This document shows positions 1-9,527 of a stretch of 64,000 nucleotides of DNA, in pieces. The first letter of the stretch is position 1, and every line of letters begins with the position of its first letter. Location of the stretch: assembly GCA_038868075.1 (NCBI GenBank), contig JAWBXB010000002.1, forward strand, positions 7,375-71,374. Direction: 5' to 3'. Source of the DNA: Candidatus Bathyarchaeia archaeon. Lineage in GTDB: Archaea > Thermoproteota > Bathyarchaeia > Bathyarchaeales > DTEX01. The notes under the pieces are model-generated. The model made no database searches. It was not told where the DNA came from and worked only from the letters and a program-made list of their open reading frames with translations. Made by a program: the position numbers and the translations under genes.

Positions 1-226
1 GTCAGTTCTAAGGTTGACTCTAAAGTAATTTTTTTAGCACTCTCAAATGTCTCTTCATCAACTTTATCTTTCTTAATTGTGCATTGGATTACATCAGTTC
101 CATCTCTAACTGTAAAGAAGTGTATTCCACCACTTGAGCGCTTATTATGAAGCCAACCTCTAACAGTCACTTCCTTATCAACATACTTCCCTAGGAGTAT
201 ATCTGTGACGTAAGCTATCTGTGCCA
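1..226 (-). CDS. class IIb aminoacyl-tRNA synthetase (AsnRS/AspRS type), N-terminal fragment running off the window
   Basis: Own minus-strand translation from the ATG at 226-224 gives MAQIAYVTDILLGKYVDKEVTVRGWLHNKRSSGGIHFFTVRDGTDVIQCTIKKDKVDEETFESAKKITLESTLELT. The VxVxGWxHxxRxxGxxxFxxxRDG pattern is the OB-fold start of Asn/Asp-tRNA synthetases. The ORF is absent from the track because it is truncated. Confidence 0.6.
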
Positions 227-291
227 TATCAATCATTCCTAGAATAGATAGATTTTGGGCATATTCAAAAATTTATTCCTACATGAAAACC

Positions 292-1740
292 TTAGCCTAA
301 GGGTATTGCTCCCTTCAATTCTCGAACTCTCTGCAATATTTTTTGCAGGATCTCCTCATCTGTTAAGATGCCCGGAGGCGGCTCAATAACTTTTTTGAGT
401 GGCAGTGGAACATGGTCCATTCGATACGTTGTCCCCTCAGCCTCGATTCCAACGAAGGCTGATGGAATCACAACATCAGCCATTAAGGCTGTTGGCGTTA
501 AGCAGGGATCAATAACTATAAGTGGATTTTTAATGAGGCTTTCAACAGCTTTTCTAGGGAAGCTTGAGACCGGATCTGATGCTATAACTAGTGCTGCATC
601 TGCATCACCCCTAGAAAGAATATCAATAGCGGATGTTTCTCCGGGATTGTACATTGGATAACCATGTGAAAAGTCAATAGCGTATGGATAACCAGTTTGC
701 CACGTGAAAACAACATTTGCTCCGGTTACATTAAAGTGCCCCCTCATTGGCATTATTAGAAACTTTGTGTACTTATTTAAATCTCTAGTGAGCTTTATTG
801 CAGCCTCCACATTCCTAGATTTTCCAATACTCATGGTTAAGCCTAAGCCAAAAAATATTATGCCAAATCTCGCATTGACCATCAGGTCAGCTAGTTCTTC
901 AAGCCTTTCAATAGGAACACCAGCAACTTCATCAACATCGAGTTCCTCATCACGAACTAAGGCTCGTAGAGCCTGAAGAACAGCATAATCTCCACTTGGC
1001 TTAATTCTGATAAAAATGTCAGCCAGATCAGCAGATCTAGTCTTCTGAACATCAATAACAACCATCTTTCTCTCTTCTGGATGAGACAAAACATGCGTCT
1101 CTTCATCTTCAGTAATCGATAACGTCTTAGCTCCGCCTTTAAAAACTAGACTGGCAACCCTATAGCGCTTCTTCCTAGCAGACTCAAGAATTAAGTGTGA
1201 TAAATAGCGCTTCCATATAGCTTTCTGAAACCTTCCCTCAGCTAATGCTGTGTATCGCTCTATATGTCGTGGATGAGCGCTCCAAGGATTACTTCCCCAA
1301 TATATGATTAAATCAGCCCTATGTCTTATTTGTCCAAGAGTGCATCCAGGTATTCCAACTTCTTGAATAGCTAAAATTGAGGGACCGTGACAAACGGTTG
1401 TAGTGTTATCTATAACCCCGCCAACTTCTTCGGCTAGCTCTAAACCAATCCTTATAGCTTCACAACTAGTATTACTCCAGCCGTAAAGGAGCGGATAATG
1501 AGCATTAACAAGAATTTCAGCACACCGCTCTATAGCCTCATCTAATGAGACTTCAACCAAATTGCCATTCTTTCTGATAAGCGGCTTAACGTTCCTATGC
1601 TTACTATAGCCTAGAAATTTTGAAGCGCCAAGGGCACATGCGTTTCTCACGTCAATTATCTGCTGATTTTCAACGATAACCTTTATATCATCACAGCAGC
1701 ATCCGCAAAATGGACAAATAATTCCTGAAAATATCGGCAT
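292..1740 (-). CDS. fwdB: formylmethanofuran dehydrogenase subunit B (molybdopterin oxidoreductase family)
   Basis: 482 aa. The N-terminal CPFCGCCCDD cysteine cluster and overall molybdopterin-oxidoreductase layout are typical of FwdB/FmdB. fwdD lies directly upstream in the operon and ftr is divergent. Confidence 0.85.
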   Translation of the reverse strand: MPIFSGIICPFCGCCCDDIKVIVENQQIIDVRNACALGASKFLGYSKHRNVKPLIRKNGNLVEVSLDEAIERCAEILVNAHYPLLYGWSNTSCEAIRIGLELAEEVGGVIDNTTTVCHGPSILAIQEVGIPGCTLGQIRHRADLIIYWGSNPWSAHPRHIERYTALAEGRFQKAIWKRYLSHLILESARKKRYRVASLVFKGGAKTLSITEDEETHVLSHPEERKMVVIDVQKTRSADLADIFIRIKPSGDYAVLQALRALVRDEELDVDEVAGVPIERLEELADLMVNARFGIIFFGLGLTMSIGKSRNVEAAIKLTRDLNKYTKFLIMPMRGHFNVTGANVVFTWQTGYPYAIDFSHGYPMYNPGETSAIDILSRGDADAALVIASDPVSSFPRKAVESLIKNPLIVIDPCLTPTALMADVVIPSAFVGIEAEGTTYRMDHVPLPLKKVIEPPPGILTDEEILQKILQRVRELKGAIPLG

Positions 1741-1758
1741 TTCTAAACCACCCCTAAC

Positions 1759-2145
1759 TCACTTATTTCCGTAAGTCTTAATTAAAAGATCTTTTAAGTT
1801 TGAGATTGGCTCATTTGTTGGCTCAATTTTAACCTTAAACCCCTTAAGTAATGGCATACCAGTTCCTTCAGTCTCTGAGGGTAAGATCGTATTTACCCAA
1901 GGTCCGAATGGAATAAACACGATGCCTGAGTCTCTAATTCTCCTAGACCTCTTAGCTTTAACAATAACTGAACCAATCTCGGTAGTAATTCTGACATTGT
2001 CCCCGTCCTTTATATTTAGTTTTTTCATGTCATCTTGATTCATTTCACAGACGGCAACGCTCATCTTATACTCTTCAGAGAGTTTAGCATACTCTTTAGT
2101 GCAACCCTGTTTAATTGTCCTACCAGTAATTAACGTGAACTCCAT
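1759..2145 (-). CDS. fwdD: formylmethanofuran dehydrogenase subunit D (molybdopterin dinucleotide-binding domain)
   Basis: 128 aa starting MEFTLITGRTIKQG. Size and beta-barrel molybdopterin-binding domain pattern fit FwdD. It sits 18 nt upstream of fwdB on the same strand. Confidence 0.8.
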   Translation of the reverse strand: MEFTLITGRTIKQGCTKEYAKLSEEYKMSVAVCEMNQDDMKKLNIKDGDNVRITTEIGSVIVKAKRSRRIRDSGIVFIPFGPWVNTILPSETEGTGMPLLKGFKVKIEPTNEPISNLKDLLIKTYGNK

Positions 2146-2270
2146 ACTGCTCTCTCTTCTCCTAGATATGTTTTTGCCATAGTGCGGTGCGTGAGCACTT
2201 TAATCCTTAAAAGCGTTATATCCTTAAATAAACCTTTCATAAAAATAATATCCTAAATCCTCCTTTAGAG

Positions 2271-3215
2271 GTGTCATTGAATTTGGTCCTCCTCAATTAT
2301 CATGGTGTTGATATTGAGGATACATTTGCAGAGATGTTTGAAATGTGGGTTAGCAGAATCCTAGTAACCGCTGAGAATGAGAAGTGGGCTCTAATTGCTG
2401 CTGAAGTTGCAACTGGCTTCGCATCTTCAATAATTGGTTCACCAGCGGAAGCCGGAATAGAAAGATTGGTTTCAGGAAGCGAGACGCCTGATGGGCGTGT
2501 TGGAGTCTTAATACAGATTTATCATCGAACAAGGAGTGAACTTAAGAGGCAGATGATAGCTCGAATAGGCCAATGTATAATGACGTGTCCAACAACAGCT
2601 GCATTTAATGCTTTGGAGGGAACCGCTAGGAAGCTTAAGGTTGGTAGGAGCTTAAGATTCTTTGGCGATGGGTTCCAGAAGTTTGATGAGATGTACGGGC
2701 GGAAAGTTTGGCGCATACCAGTTATGGAAGGCGAATTTATAGTTGAAAATAGCTTTGGTGTTAAAAAAGGCATTGCTGGCGGGAACTTCTTTATAATGGC
2801 TAAAGATCTGAAATCTGGGCTAGCAGCTTCGGAAGCTGCTGTTGAAGCAATGCGTAGAAATGTTAGGGATGTAATATTGCCATTCCCGGGCGGAGTATGT
2901 CGCTCAGGCTCCAAAGTTGGCTCACTAAAATATAAGCTCTCAGCATCAACAAACCACCTATACTGCCCAAGATTAAGAGGAATTATTCCAGACAGCCAGG
3001 TTCCAGAAGATGTGAATACAATTTATGAGATTGTAATAAATGGTCTAAGCTTAGAGAGCGTTAAGATGGCTATGGCTGAGGGTATAAAAGCCGCTGTTAA
3101 AATTCCCGGCGTAATTAGAATATCTGCTGGAAACTACGGTGGTAAAATCGGTCCAATAAAAATATATCTAAGAGATATCTTACATGGTTGCGAGGTCGTA
3201 AAATGGAAAAAATAA
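2271..3215 (+). CDS. ftr: formylmethanofuran--tetrahydromethanopterin N-formyltransferase
   Basis: 314 aa. The GVDIEDTFAEMFEMWVSRILVTA start and full-length similarity match the Ftr family as I remember it. The start is GTG in the track and the true start is uncertain by a few codons. Confidence 0.9.
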   Translation: MSLNLVLLNYHGVDIEDTFAEMFEMWVSRILVTAENEKWALIAAEVATGFASSIIGSPAEAGIERLVSGSETPDGRVGVLIQIYHRTRSELKRQMIARIGQCIMTCPTTAAFNALEGTARKLKVGRSLRFFGDGFQKFDEMYGRKVWRIPVMEGEFIVENSFGVKKGIAGGNFFIMAKDLKSGLAASEAAVEAMRRNVRDVILPFPGGVCRSGSKVGSLKYKLSASTNHLYCPRLRGIIPDSQVPEDVNTIYEIVINGLSLESVKMAMAEGIKAAVKIPGVIRISAGNYGGKIGPIKIYLRDILHGCEVVKWKK

Positions 3216-3820
3216 GCTTTGCAGCTAGAAATTTTGTGTCGGTGGATCCAAGCAAATGCATAGGTTGCAGCGTATGCGAGTTTATATGCGCTCTTGAGAA
3301 AGAAGGCGAGCCGAATCCAATAAAGTCTAGGATAAGAGTAATACACTTAAATCCAATATTCAATCTTGTTGTTGTATGCCGGTTTTGTGAGAAAGCACCA
3401 TGTGTAAGGGCTTGTCCACGTGATGCAATTAAGCAATCTGAGAAGGGTGGAATATTAATTATAGACGAAACGAAGTGTGATGGCTGTGTCCTATGTATAC
3501 AAGCGTGCCCCTTCGGTGGGATAATGTTAGATCCAGATAAGGGCGTTGTTATCGCATGTGATCTATGTAATGGAGCGCCAAAATGTATTGAATTTTGTCC
3601 AGAAGAAGCTTTAAAGCTCGTGTCAGATGACAAATATTTCAACGAAGCTCTCTCTTCAACGATAAAGAAATTGCCAAAAGAAATTGAGAAAATATCTAGT
3701 ATAACTAAAATTGGAAAATGGGGGGACATATTCACAGAGGCTGAAGAAAGAACCCGTAGGTTTGAAGAGAAGCTCAGAGCCTTAAAAGTCAAAAGAAAAC
3801 TTAGGCAAAATAGCGTATAA
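3203..3820 (+). CDS. 4Fe-4S multi-cluster ferredoxin-domain protein with a charged C-terminal tail
   Basis: Repeated CxxCxxCxxxC(P) motifs are present: CIGCSVCEFIC, CRFCEKAPCVRACP, CDGCVLCIQACP and CDLCNGAPKCIEFCP. I prefer the ATG at 3203 (MEKISF...) over the TTG at 3188. It overlaps the ftr stop, which suggests co-transcription. Confidence 0.7.
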   Translation: MEKISFAARNFVSVDPSKCIGCSVCEFICALEKEGEPNPIKSRIRVIHLNPIFNLVVVCRFCEKAPCVRACPRDAIKQSEKGGILIIDETKCDGCVLCIQACPFGGIMLDPDKGVVIACDLCNGAPKCIEFCPEEALKLVSDDKYFNEALSSTIKKLPKEIEKISSITKIGKWGDIFTEAEERTRRFEEKLRALKVKRKLRQNSV

Positions 3821-3830
3821 ACTTTATTCT

Positions 3831-4052
3831 CTAAAAGATGCTGAAAAACCTCTTTTCGCTCCACCTTCTTGATATCTTGGCAGAGCTCTCTGAGATCTGA
3901 AACTCAAAACCACAGCTTGGGCACTTAACATATTCGCAACTTAAGGACGAAAGCATTCTACTGCAACTTTGACATGAAACTGTTCTGGCATATAAAATGT
4001 TAAATTCGAAACTACATTTGGGACATACTATTGCCTGATGTCTACGAGACAA
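3831..4052 (-). CDS. small zinc-ribbon protein, function unknown
   Basis: 73 aa with paired CxxC motifs: CPKCSFEF...CQSC and CPSCGFEF. Confidence 0.4.
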   Translation of the reverse strand: MSRRHQAIVCPKCSFEFNILYARTVSCQSCSRMLSSLSCEYVKCPSCGFEFQISESSAKISRRWSEKRFFSIF

Positions 4053-4183
4053 TTATTTTCCCTCCGCTTGCTAAAGATTATTAGGTGAATCATAAATAAA
4101 AAATTATCATTTTTATTGCATAAGAATTTGAGCGCAATCTTTAACTACATATTTATCCTAGAAATTATTTTGGATGAAAGTTC

Positions 4184-4576
4184 ATGGAGAAATTTTTACC
4201 GATACTTAATGTCATACAAATTAGATTAAGAGAGATATTAAATAGGAATAGGGATGGAATCTCTTCTTGGGATTCAAAGAAACTTAAGGATGTAGGTGAC
4301 GATTTAATCAGACTCTCAGCCGATGTACATTCACAGCTAGCTTTAGTTGAGCATAGAATACTTTATCAATCTATAAGGGAGGCAGGGTTGGGAATAAGAA
4401 GAAGGGCTATGTTGATTAAAAATAGAGAAATCAGTGATGAAGATAAAGAGTATTTTGAAAGCGTTTATGAAGCTCTCTTAAATCTATGTCAAAAAATCGA
4501 AAGTGGAGAATATTACAGTGCTTTACTCGAAATGGCTAAGAAAAAAGAGAGAAAAGAAAACGATTATCCGTCTTAA
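4184..4576 (+). CDS. hypothetical all-helical protein
   Basis: 130-aa ORF with a lysine/glutamate-rich tail. I recognise no motif. Confidence 0.4.
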   Translation: MEKFLPILNVIQIRLREILNRNRDGISSWDSKKLKDVGDDLIRLSADVHSQLALVEHRILYQSIREAGLGIRRRAMLIKNREISDEDKEYFESVYEALLNLCQKIESGEYYSALLEMAKKKERKENDYPS

Positions 4577-4603
4577 AAATTTTGAAATAAATGTTTTCCA
4601 TCA

Positions 4604-7333
4604 TTATTCCCTAATGTTCAGAAATCTCTCTTTGACCCTCTTAAAGTCGAGCAAAGCGAGCGATGCGGCTTCAAGAAATGTTTGAACAGGAACTATTTTC
4701 ACACCTTTCTCCAAAAGTATCTTCTCGGTCTCAAAATTCTTTAAACGCTCATAATTGTATTTTGGCATAATAAGTATGCGAGCATACTGGTCGGATAATG
4801 CAGCCTCAATTTTACCCATTCCACGGTAGTCAAGTCCACCGACAGGCCAAACTTCGCCTAATGCTGTTATCGCTCCAGTCATGACAACAGTTGGATCAAC
4901 TTCAACTCCGGTGAAAGCCGATAACATAGCTATGGCTATTGCAAGTCCGGCTGATGGTCCTGAAACCGGAGATCTCATTATTCCTGGGCTAATTATCTGT
5001 TTTTCCATACCCTTCGCAGGGGTCACTATCTCGACGTATACATCATAATCTTTGAATTTCCAATCCGATATCGAGTTTATGTATATAAATGCATCATATG
5101 CACTTGCAAGTATACTTTCACCAGCTTCGCTCCCGATCACATTGACTTTCCCTGAACCCTTTGGGTTAACGATAACTTCGATCACCCCTACAAACCCGCC
5201 CATCTCACCCCGCTCCCCAATAGCTATAAGTCCATAGCTCTTGCCAACCTCAGGCTTTTGAATTCTTACGGTTTCCAGCATCATCTTCTGTGCCTCCTCA
5301 ATAGCTTCATCATGCGTTCTTTCAATAGCCTTTTCAAAATGATATAACCTAAGCGGATAATTTTCCGGCTCAATTTTCTCAATCTTTTTCAGTAGATCTG
5401 GGTCTTCATAGCTAAGTTTGAGCACCGTAAATAATCTCTCTAAGTCATTTCCGTATAATTTCTTTACTTCCTCAACTTTTTCAGGCCTGTATTTCATTGC
5501 ATGCATAAGCCTGTAGCACGCCTCAATCTCTTTTGTTCTAAGACGGTTAGCGTCATCAATTGCATCAGCAATCTTTCTTGGACTTAGAATCTTTTTCTCA
5601 AAGATCCTAAGAATGTCATTGGAAGTTAATCCTTTCTCTAGGTGATGCTTATACCTCCTAAGATGAATCTCTATAATCTCGAGCTTCTCTTCCTTATTCT
5701 TTGGATAGGTGAACTCGAAGTGTCTTGTGAATCGCTCAAGTAATGCTGGGTCTAGAATTTCGAAGCGATTTGTCGCCCCGATAACAACAACATTTGTGAG
5801 CGGGGTGAAACCGTCCATTTCAGTAAGTAACTGGGAGACAACTCTATCGATAACTGGATCATGAGTCCCTCTTCTTGGGGCGATAGCGTCAATTTCATCA
5901 AAAAATATTATTGCGGGTGCATTCTTACGTGCATCCTCAAAGATATCACGTATAGTTTTCTCCGGATCACCATAATGCCCTTGGAGTATAGATGGACCAT
6001 TAATATTATAGAACCAAACATTATTTTCTCCAGCTATTGCCTTAGCTAATAGGGTCTTACCAGTGCCAGGCGGACCATAGAATATAAAGCCTTTTGGAGG
6101 TAAGTAGCCGGATCTAATGGCTAAGTTTGCATCTAAGGCTAATGATATTTCTTTAATTATCTCATCTTTTATCCCATGAAGCCCGCCCACATCAGTATAC
6201 CTTTCTTTGGGAGCTATCCTAATAATAGCCCTCTTTGCAGCCTCTGTTTTCTCAGCGGATGTATAGCTCTTCAATTTGCGGGCTGCTATTCTAAAATCGC
6301 TTAAATTGACCTCCTTTTTGATGTTTTCGGTTTCTGAGTCACTTTTAGTCCTCAATAAAACTCTATTTATGAGTTTACGTTGAATCGGCTTATATTTCTC
6401 GCTCATGACTATATTAAATGCGTTATGTACGTCGGCTGGGGTTAATTTTGTTCCACCTACGCTTCTTAAAGCATCCTCAAGAGTATCTATTATATCATTA
6501 GGATTAAGCTCTAAGCCATATTTCTGGCACTCTCTTCTAGATATTTCAATAAGCATGTCCCTATTGATTCCGGCATCAAGATCTATTGTTCCTACAATAC
6601 CTCTACGTCTAAGGGTCTCAGTAATAGTTTCATATTCATTTGTGGATATTAACAAAATGCATCTATAATTCTTCTTTTGTAAATCGTCAATTTTCTCTAA
6701 GAAGACTGTTTGAACCCTTTTCTCCTCCATACCAACCTCAGTTGATGAAGCGAAACGGCTACCAAAAGCCTGAAATTCGTCAATTAATATTACACTAGGT
6801 TTTTGAAAAGCCGCTTCAAAGAAAGCACTAAGTTGTTGAGCGCTCCTACCATACCACATAGTATAAACTTCTTCTGGCTTAAGTGAAGCATAGTAAACTA
6901 CTAAACCATATTTTAGCCCAGCTTCAAAAATTTCCCTTTGACACGCTTCGGCAAAAAATGTTTTTCCACTACCTGAGCTTCCCTTTAATATGAAGACTTT
7001 TGGCGGTGGAACAGGGCTATTTTTACGGACTTCAGGATCACGGAATATATGATAATAGGCACTTAGGAAGACTCTTTCAAATTCTTCATCCCGTCCGATA
7101 ACATCGGCTCTTGTTACTTTCGGAAAATCCATTCTCTTCCTTATTGCCCTTGCCCATTTTTCAGCCTCAGCCTTCCTTTTCTCCGGAGGCTTCTGTAAAA
7201 ACCTCCATAATCTATATTGCCAAGAAGTTAAGTAAAGTAATGGGGAGAAAAGTCTTCTTAATCTCGGTCTATTATACCACCATTGGCTTGAAAATTCCTC
7301 CTCCTTTTCCTCATACATGCGTTTCACCACCAA
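4604..7333 (-). CDS. tandem AAA+ ATPase fused to a Lon-type serine protease domain
   Basis: 909 aa. AAA-1 has Walker A GSSGSGKT and Walker B VILIDEF. AAA-2 has GPPGTGKTLLAKA, IIFFDEIDAI and ATNRFEILDPALLERF, a classical Cdc48/FtsH/PAN-like module. The C-terminus has the Lon proteolytic motifs SGPSAGLAIAIA and VGGLDYRGMGKIEAA, so both Ser and Lys are present. Confidence 0.8.
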   Translation of the reverse strand: MVVKRMYEEKEEEFSSQWWYNRPRLRRLFSPLLYLTSWQYRLWRFLQKPPEKRKAEAEKWARAIRKRMDFPKVTRADVIGRDEEFERVFLSAYYHIFRDPEVRKNSPVPPPKVFILKGSSGSGKTFFAEACQREIFEAGLKYGLVVYYASLKPEEVYTMWYGRSAQQLSAFFEAAFQKPSVILIDEFQAFGSRFASSTEVGMEEKRVQTVFLEKIDDLQKKNYRCILLISTNEYETITETLRRRGIVGTIDLDAGINRDMLIEISRRECQKYGLELNPNDIIDTLEDALRSVGGTKLTPADVHNAFNIVMSEKYKPIQRKLINRVLLRTKSDSETENIKKEVNLSDFRIAARKLKSYTSAEKTEAAKRAIIRIAPKERYTDVGGLHGIKDEIIKEISLALDANLAIRSGYLPPKGFIFYGPPGTGKTLLAKAIAGENNVWFYNINGPSILQGHYGDPEKTIRDIFEDARKNAPAIIFFDEIDAIAPRRGTHDPVIDRVVSQLLTEMDGFTPLTNVVVIGATNRFEILDPALLERFTRHFEFTYPKNKEEKLEIIEIHLRRYKHHLEKGLTSNDILRIFEKKILSPRKIADAIDDANRLRTKEIEACYRLMHAMKYRPEKVEEVKKLYGNDLERLFTVLKLSYEDPDLLKKIEKIEPENYPLRLYHFEKAIERTHDEAIEEAQKMMLETVRIQKPEVGKSYGLIAIGERGEMGGFVGVIEVIVNPKGSGKVNVIGSEAGESILASAYDAFIYINSISDWKFKDYDVYVEIVTPAKGMEKQIISPGIMRSPVSGPSAGLAIAIAMLSAFTGVEVDPTVVMTGAITALGEVWPVGGLDYRGMGKIEAALSDQYARILIMPKYNYERLKNFETEKILLEKGVKIVPVQTFLEAASLALLDFKRVKERFLNIRE

Positions 7334-8093
7334 CCATCACGTTATACACTTGATAGAGGATGAATGCGCTTACAAAAATTAGTAGACTAACAATTATTAA
7401 ACGGATCTTTGAAACCCCCTCCGTTTTACTCTTGAAATATGAATCTAGGATGAAAAAAGCGTTAAAATAAGCAAGTATTCCGCTGAATAAGATAAATAAT
7501 GCCATGTTTACTGGCGTTGGAAATTTAAGGGAGAAAAAGGTTGATGAGGAACCGCCTTGAACATTTAGGGTGATAATAATTTTCCAATCTCCCTGCGGCA
7601 TCTTAATCGGTCCAGAAAGTGTTATGAAATAGCCCTGAGGCGTGGCGGAGACTGATCCAGCCCCACCATAGAATTCCCTGTCACTTGTGTAAACACCTAT
7701 AATACCACTCCACTCAACACTAGATCTAAAGTTCACCAAAAGATTATATATTCCCTCATTTCTGGGCTGTACGTATACTAAAGAAACATTTCCCCAAAGC
7801 CGTTCCTCCTTAAATGAGAATAAAACTCTAAGACCGCCTGATCTTGGCGGAATACAGTCAACCGACAGATTTTCCACAGGTGGCCATATTAGAATTGCCA
7901 AGGTATCATCCACTAGAATCCTAAACTCAAATTCGGATGATGCTTCGCCTGCTGAACTAAAACTGAGTGCAGTATATGCTGAAAATAATAGGGTTATGGT
8001 GAAAAATAGAGTTACATATTTACATTGAGAGATTTTTCTTAGCGTGTACTTTGAGGGAGAATTGGTATTATTAAAGATTTTTCTCATTATCAT
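7311..8093 (-). CDS. membrane protein: N-terminal signal anchor, beta-rich ectodomain, two C-terminal TM helices
   Basis: 260 aa. Hydrophobic segments are VTLFFTITLLFSAYTALSF, MALFILFSGILAYFNAFFIL and LIIVSLLIFVSAFILYQVY. Its 3' end overlaps the AAA-Lon start by 23 nt. Confidence 0.55.
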   Translation of the reverse strand: MIMRKIFNNTNSPSKYTLRKISQCKYVTLFFTITLLFSAYTALSFSSAGEASSEFEFRILVDDTLAILIWPPVENLSVDCIPPRSGGLRVLFSFKEERLWGNVSLVYVQPRNEGIYNLLVNFRSSVEWSGIIGVYTSDREFYGGAGSVSATPQGYFITLSGPIKMPQGDWKIIITLNVQGGSSSTFFSLKFPTPVNMALFILFSGILAYFNAFFILDSYFKSKTEGVSKIRLIIVSLLIFVSAFILYQVYNVMVGGETHV

Positions 8094-8210
8094 TTCTCTT
8101 GACTCTTATTCTCAACTAAAGAAATTATTTCTCTCGGCGATAAACATTTCTCTAAAAGAAGAATTATTGATAAGTGAGGAATCTAAAAATATATTATTTT
8201 AGCGGATTGG

Positions 8211-9503
8211 ATGTTTATGTCCAAGCGCAAATATTGGGGTGAAATTAAGGATCCCATTTACGGATACATCTACATAACCGAAGCTGAAAGAAAAATTATA
8301 GACTCTTTTGCTTTCCAGAGACTACGTAGAATAAGGCAGCTAGCTGGCGCAGAATATGTTTATCCTGGAGCTAATCATACAAGGTTTGAGCATTCCCTTG
8401 GTGTTATGCATCTTGCCGGATTATTAGCTGATAACCCACAGATATCTCAAATAATTTCTGAGGATGAGGCGCAGATGATAAGAATAGCTGCGTTGCTTCA
8501 TGACGTTGGTCATGGACCATTCTCACATATCTTTGAGCATATTCTCACAAAGTTTTTGGGCAAGACCCATGAAGATATGACTTTTTGGTTAATTACGAGG
8601 TCTGAATTAAGGGATATGATAAGCGATTTAGGTTATGATCCAAATGTTATTGGCGCTCTATCTATTGGGCGGCTAAATAAGCCTAAAATGGCTTTCATGG
8701 ATCAAATAATTAGGAGCGCTGTTGACGCTGATAAACTAGATTTTGTTGTTAGAGATACGTATCACACTGGCGCGGAATACGGATTTGTTGATGTCATCCG
8801 CTTAGTTCAAACATTTGATGTGATTGACGGAAATCTGTCGGTTGATATCGGAGCTCTCTCAGCTTTAGAATCATTTATATTGGCTAGAATAGAATCATTT
8901 AAAAGCATATATTTTCATAGGGTTGGAAGGGCTGTTCAAATAATGCTTGCTATGGCGATGGAGTATGCTAAAGATGATTTGGGACTTGTAGACTTTAAAG
9001 ATCCGGAGGATTATTTAGCCTTGAATGACTATATCCTTTGGACGAAGCTAAAGGAATGTGAAAAATCTAGATGGATAATTGAGAGACTTGAGAGGCGTAA
9101 ACTAATAAAGTGCGCATATGATCCGCCTCCGTTTTACATTAGAGATAGAATCGTTTCAACAATATTTAATGTTGAGGGAATAAGAGATCGTATAAGGGAC
9201 CAAATAGCTGAAGAGGCTGGAATTGATCCACAGAACGTTATAATTGATGTTCCAACACTTCCATCTGTTCCATACCATCATGCTTTTCCACTTGAGCCTA
9301 TGGAAATACCGGTCTTTCAAAAAACTAGGGATGGAAGAAAAATTCTAGCTAAGCTAAGTGAGGTTTCGGGCATATTTGATCTACTTAAAGGCTTCATGAA
9401 CATTTTGAGAGTTTACACCGAGGAAGAATATTTAAGCAAGGTTCAGGAGGTTTCCGAAAAACTATTTGGTGAGCTACCTTTTTCAATGAGAATCTCCTAT
9501 TAA
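8211..9503 (+). CDS. HD-domain phosphohydrolase (dGTPase/SAMHD1-like, COG1078 type)
   Basis: 430 aa containing NHTRFEHSLGVMHLA, LLHDVGHGPFSH and DADKLDF, the HD superfamily metal-binding motifs. Confidence 0.8.
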   Translation: MFMSKRKYWGEIKDPIYGYIYITEAERKIIDSFAFQRLRRIRQLAGAEYVYPGANHTRFEHSLGVMHLAGLLADNPQISQIISEDEAQMIRIAALLHDVGHGPFSHIFEHILTKFLGKTHEDMTFWLITRSELRDMISDLGYDPNVIGALSIGRLNKPKMAFMDQIIRSAVDADKLDFVVRDTYHTGAEYGFVDVIRLVQTFDVIDGNLSVDIGALSALESFILARIESFKSIYFHRVGRAVQIMLAMAMEYAKDDLGLVDFKDPEDYLALNDYILWTKLKECEKSRWIIERLERRKLIKCAYDPPPFYIRDRIVSTIFNVEGIRDRIRDQIAEEAGIDPQNVIIDVPTLPSVPYHHAFPLEPMEIPVFQKTRDGRKILAKLSEVSGIFDLLKGFMNILRVYTEEEYLSKVQEVSEKLFGELPFSMRISY

Positions 9504-9527
9504 CCATAAAATGGAATAGGTGATAAA

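Noticed and set aside
1-226. Redundancy between a direct AsnRS and the GatB-dependent indirect pathway
   Set aside because: The 75-residue fragment cannot separate AsnRS from a non-discriminating AspRS. If it is AspRS there is nothing unusual.
2180-2200. Short inverted repeat AGTGC-N9-GCACT in the fwdD/ftr divergent promoter region, as an operator
   Set aside because: The arms are only 5 bp, which is expected by chance, and no second copy occurs upstream of other C1 genes in the window.
3115-3864. 249-aa minus-strand ORF antisense to the polyferredoxin gene
   Set aside because: It fully overlaps a CDS with clear Fe-S motifs. Its own translation is low-complexity (Ser/Phe/Leu rich) with no motif. 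It is a typical shadow ORF.
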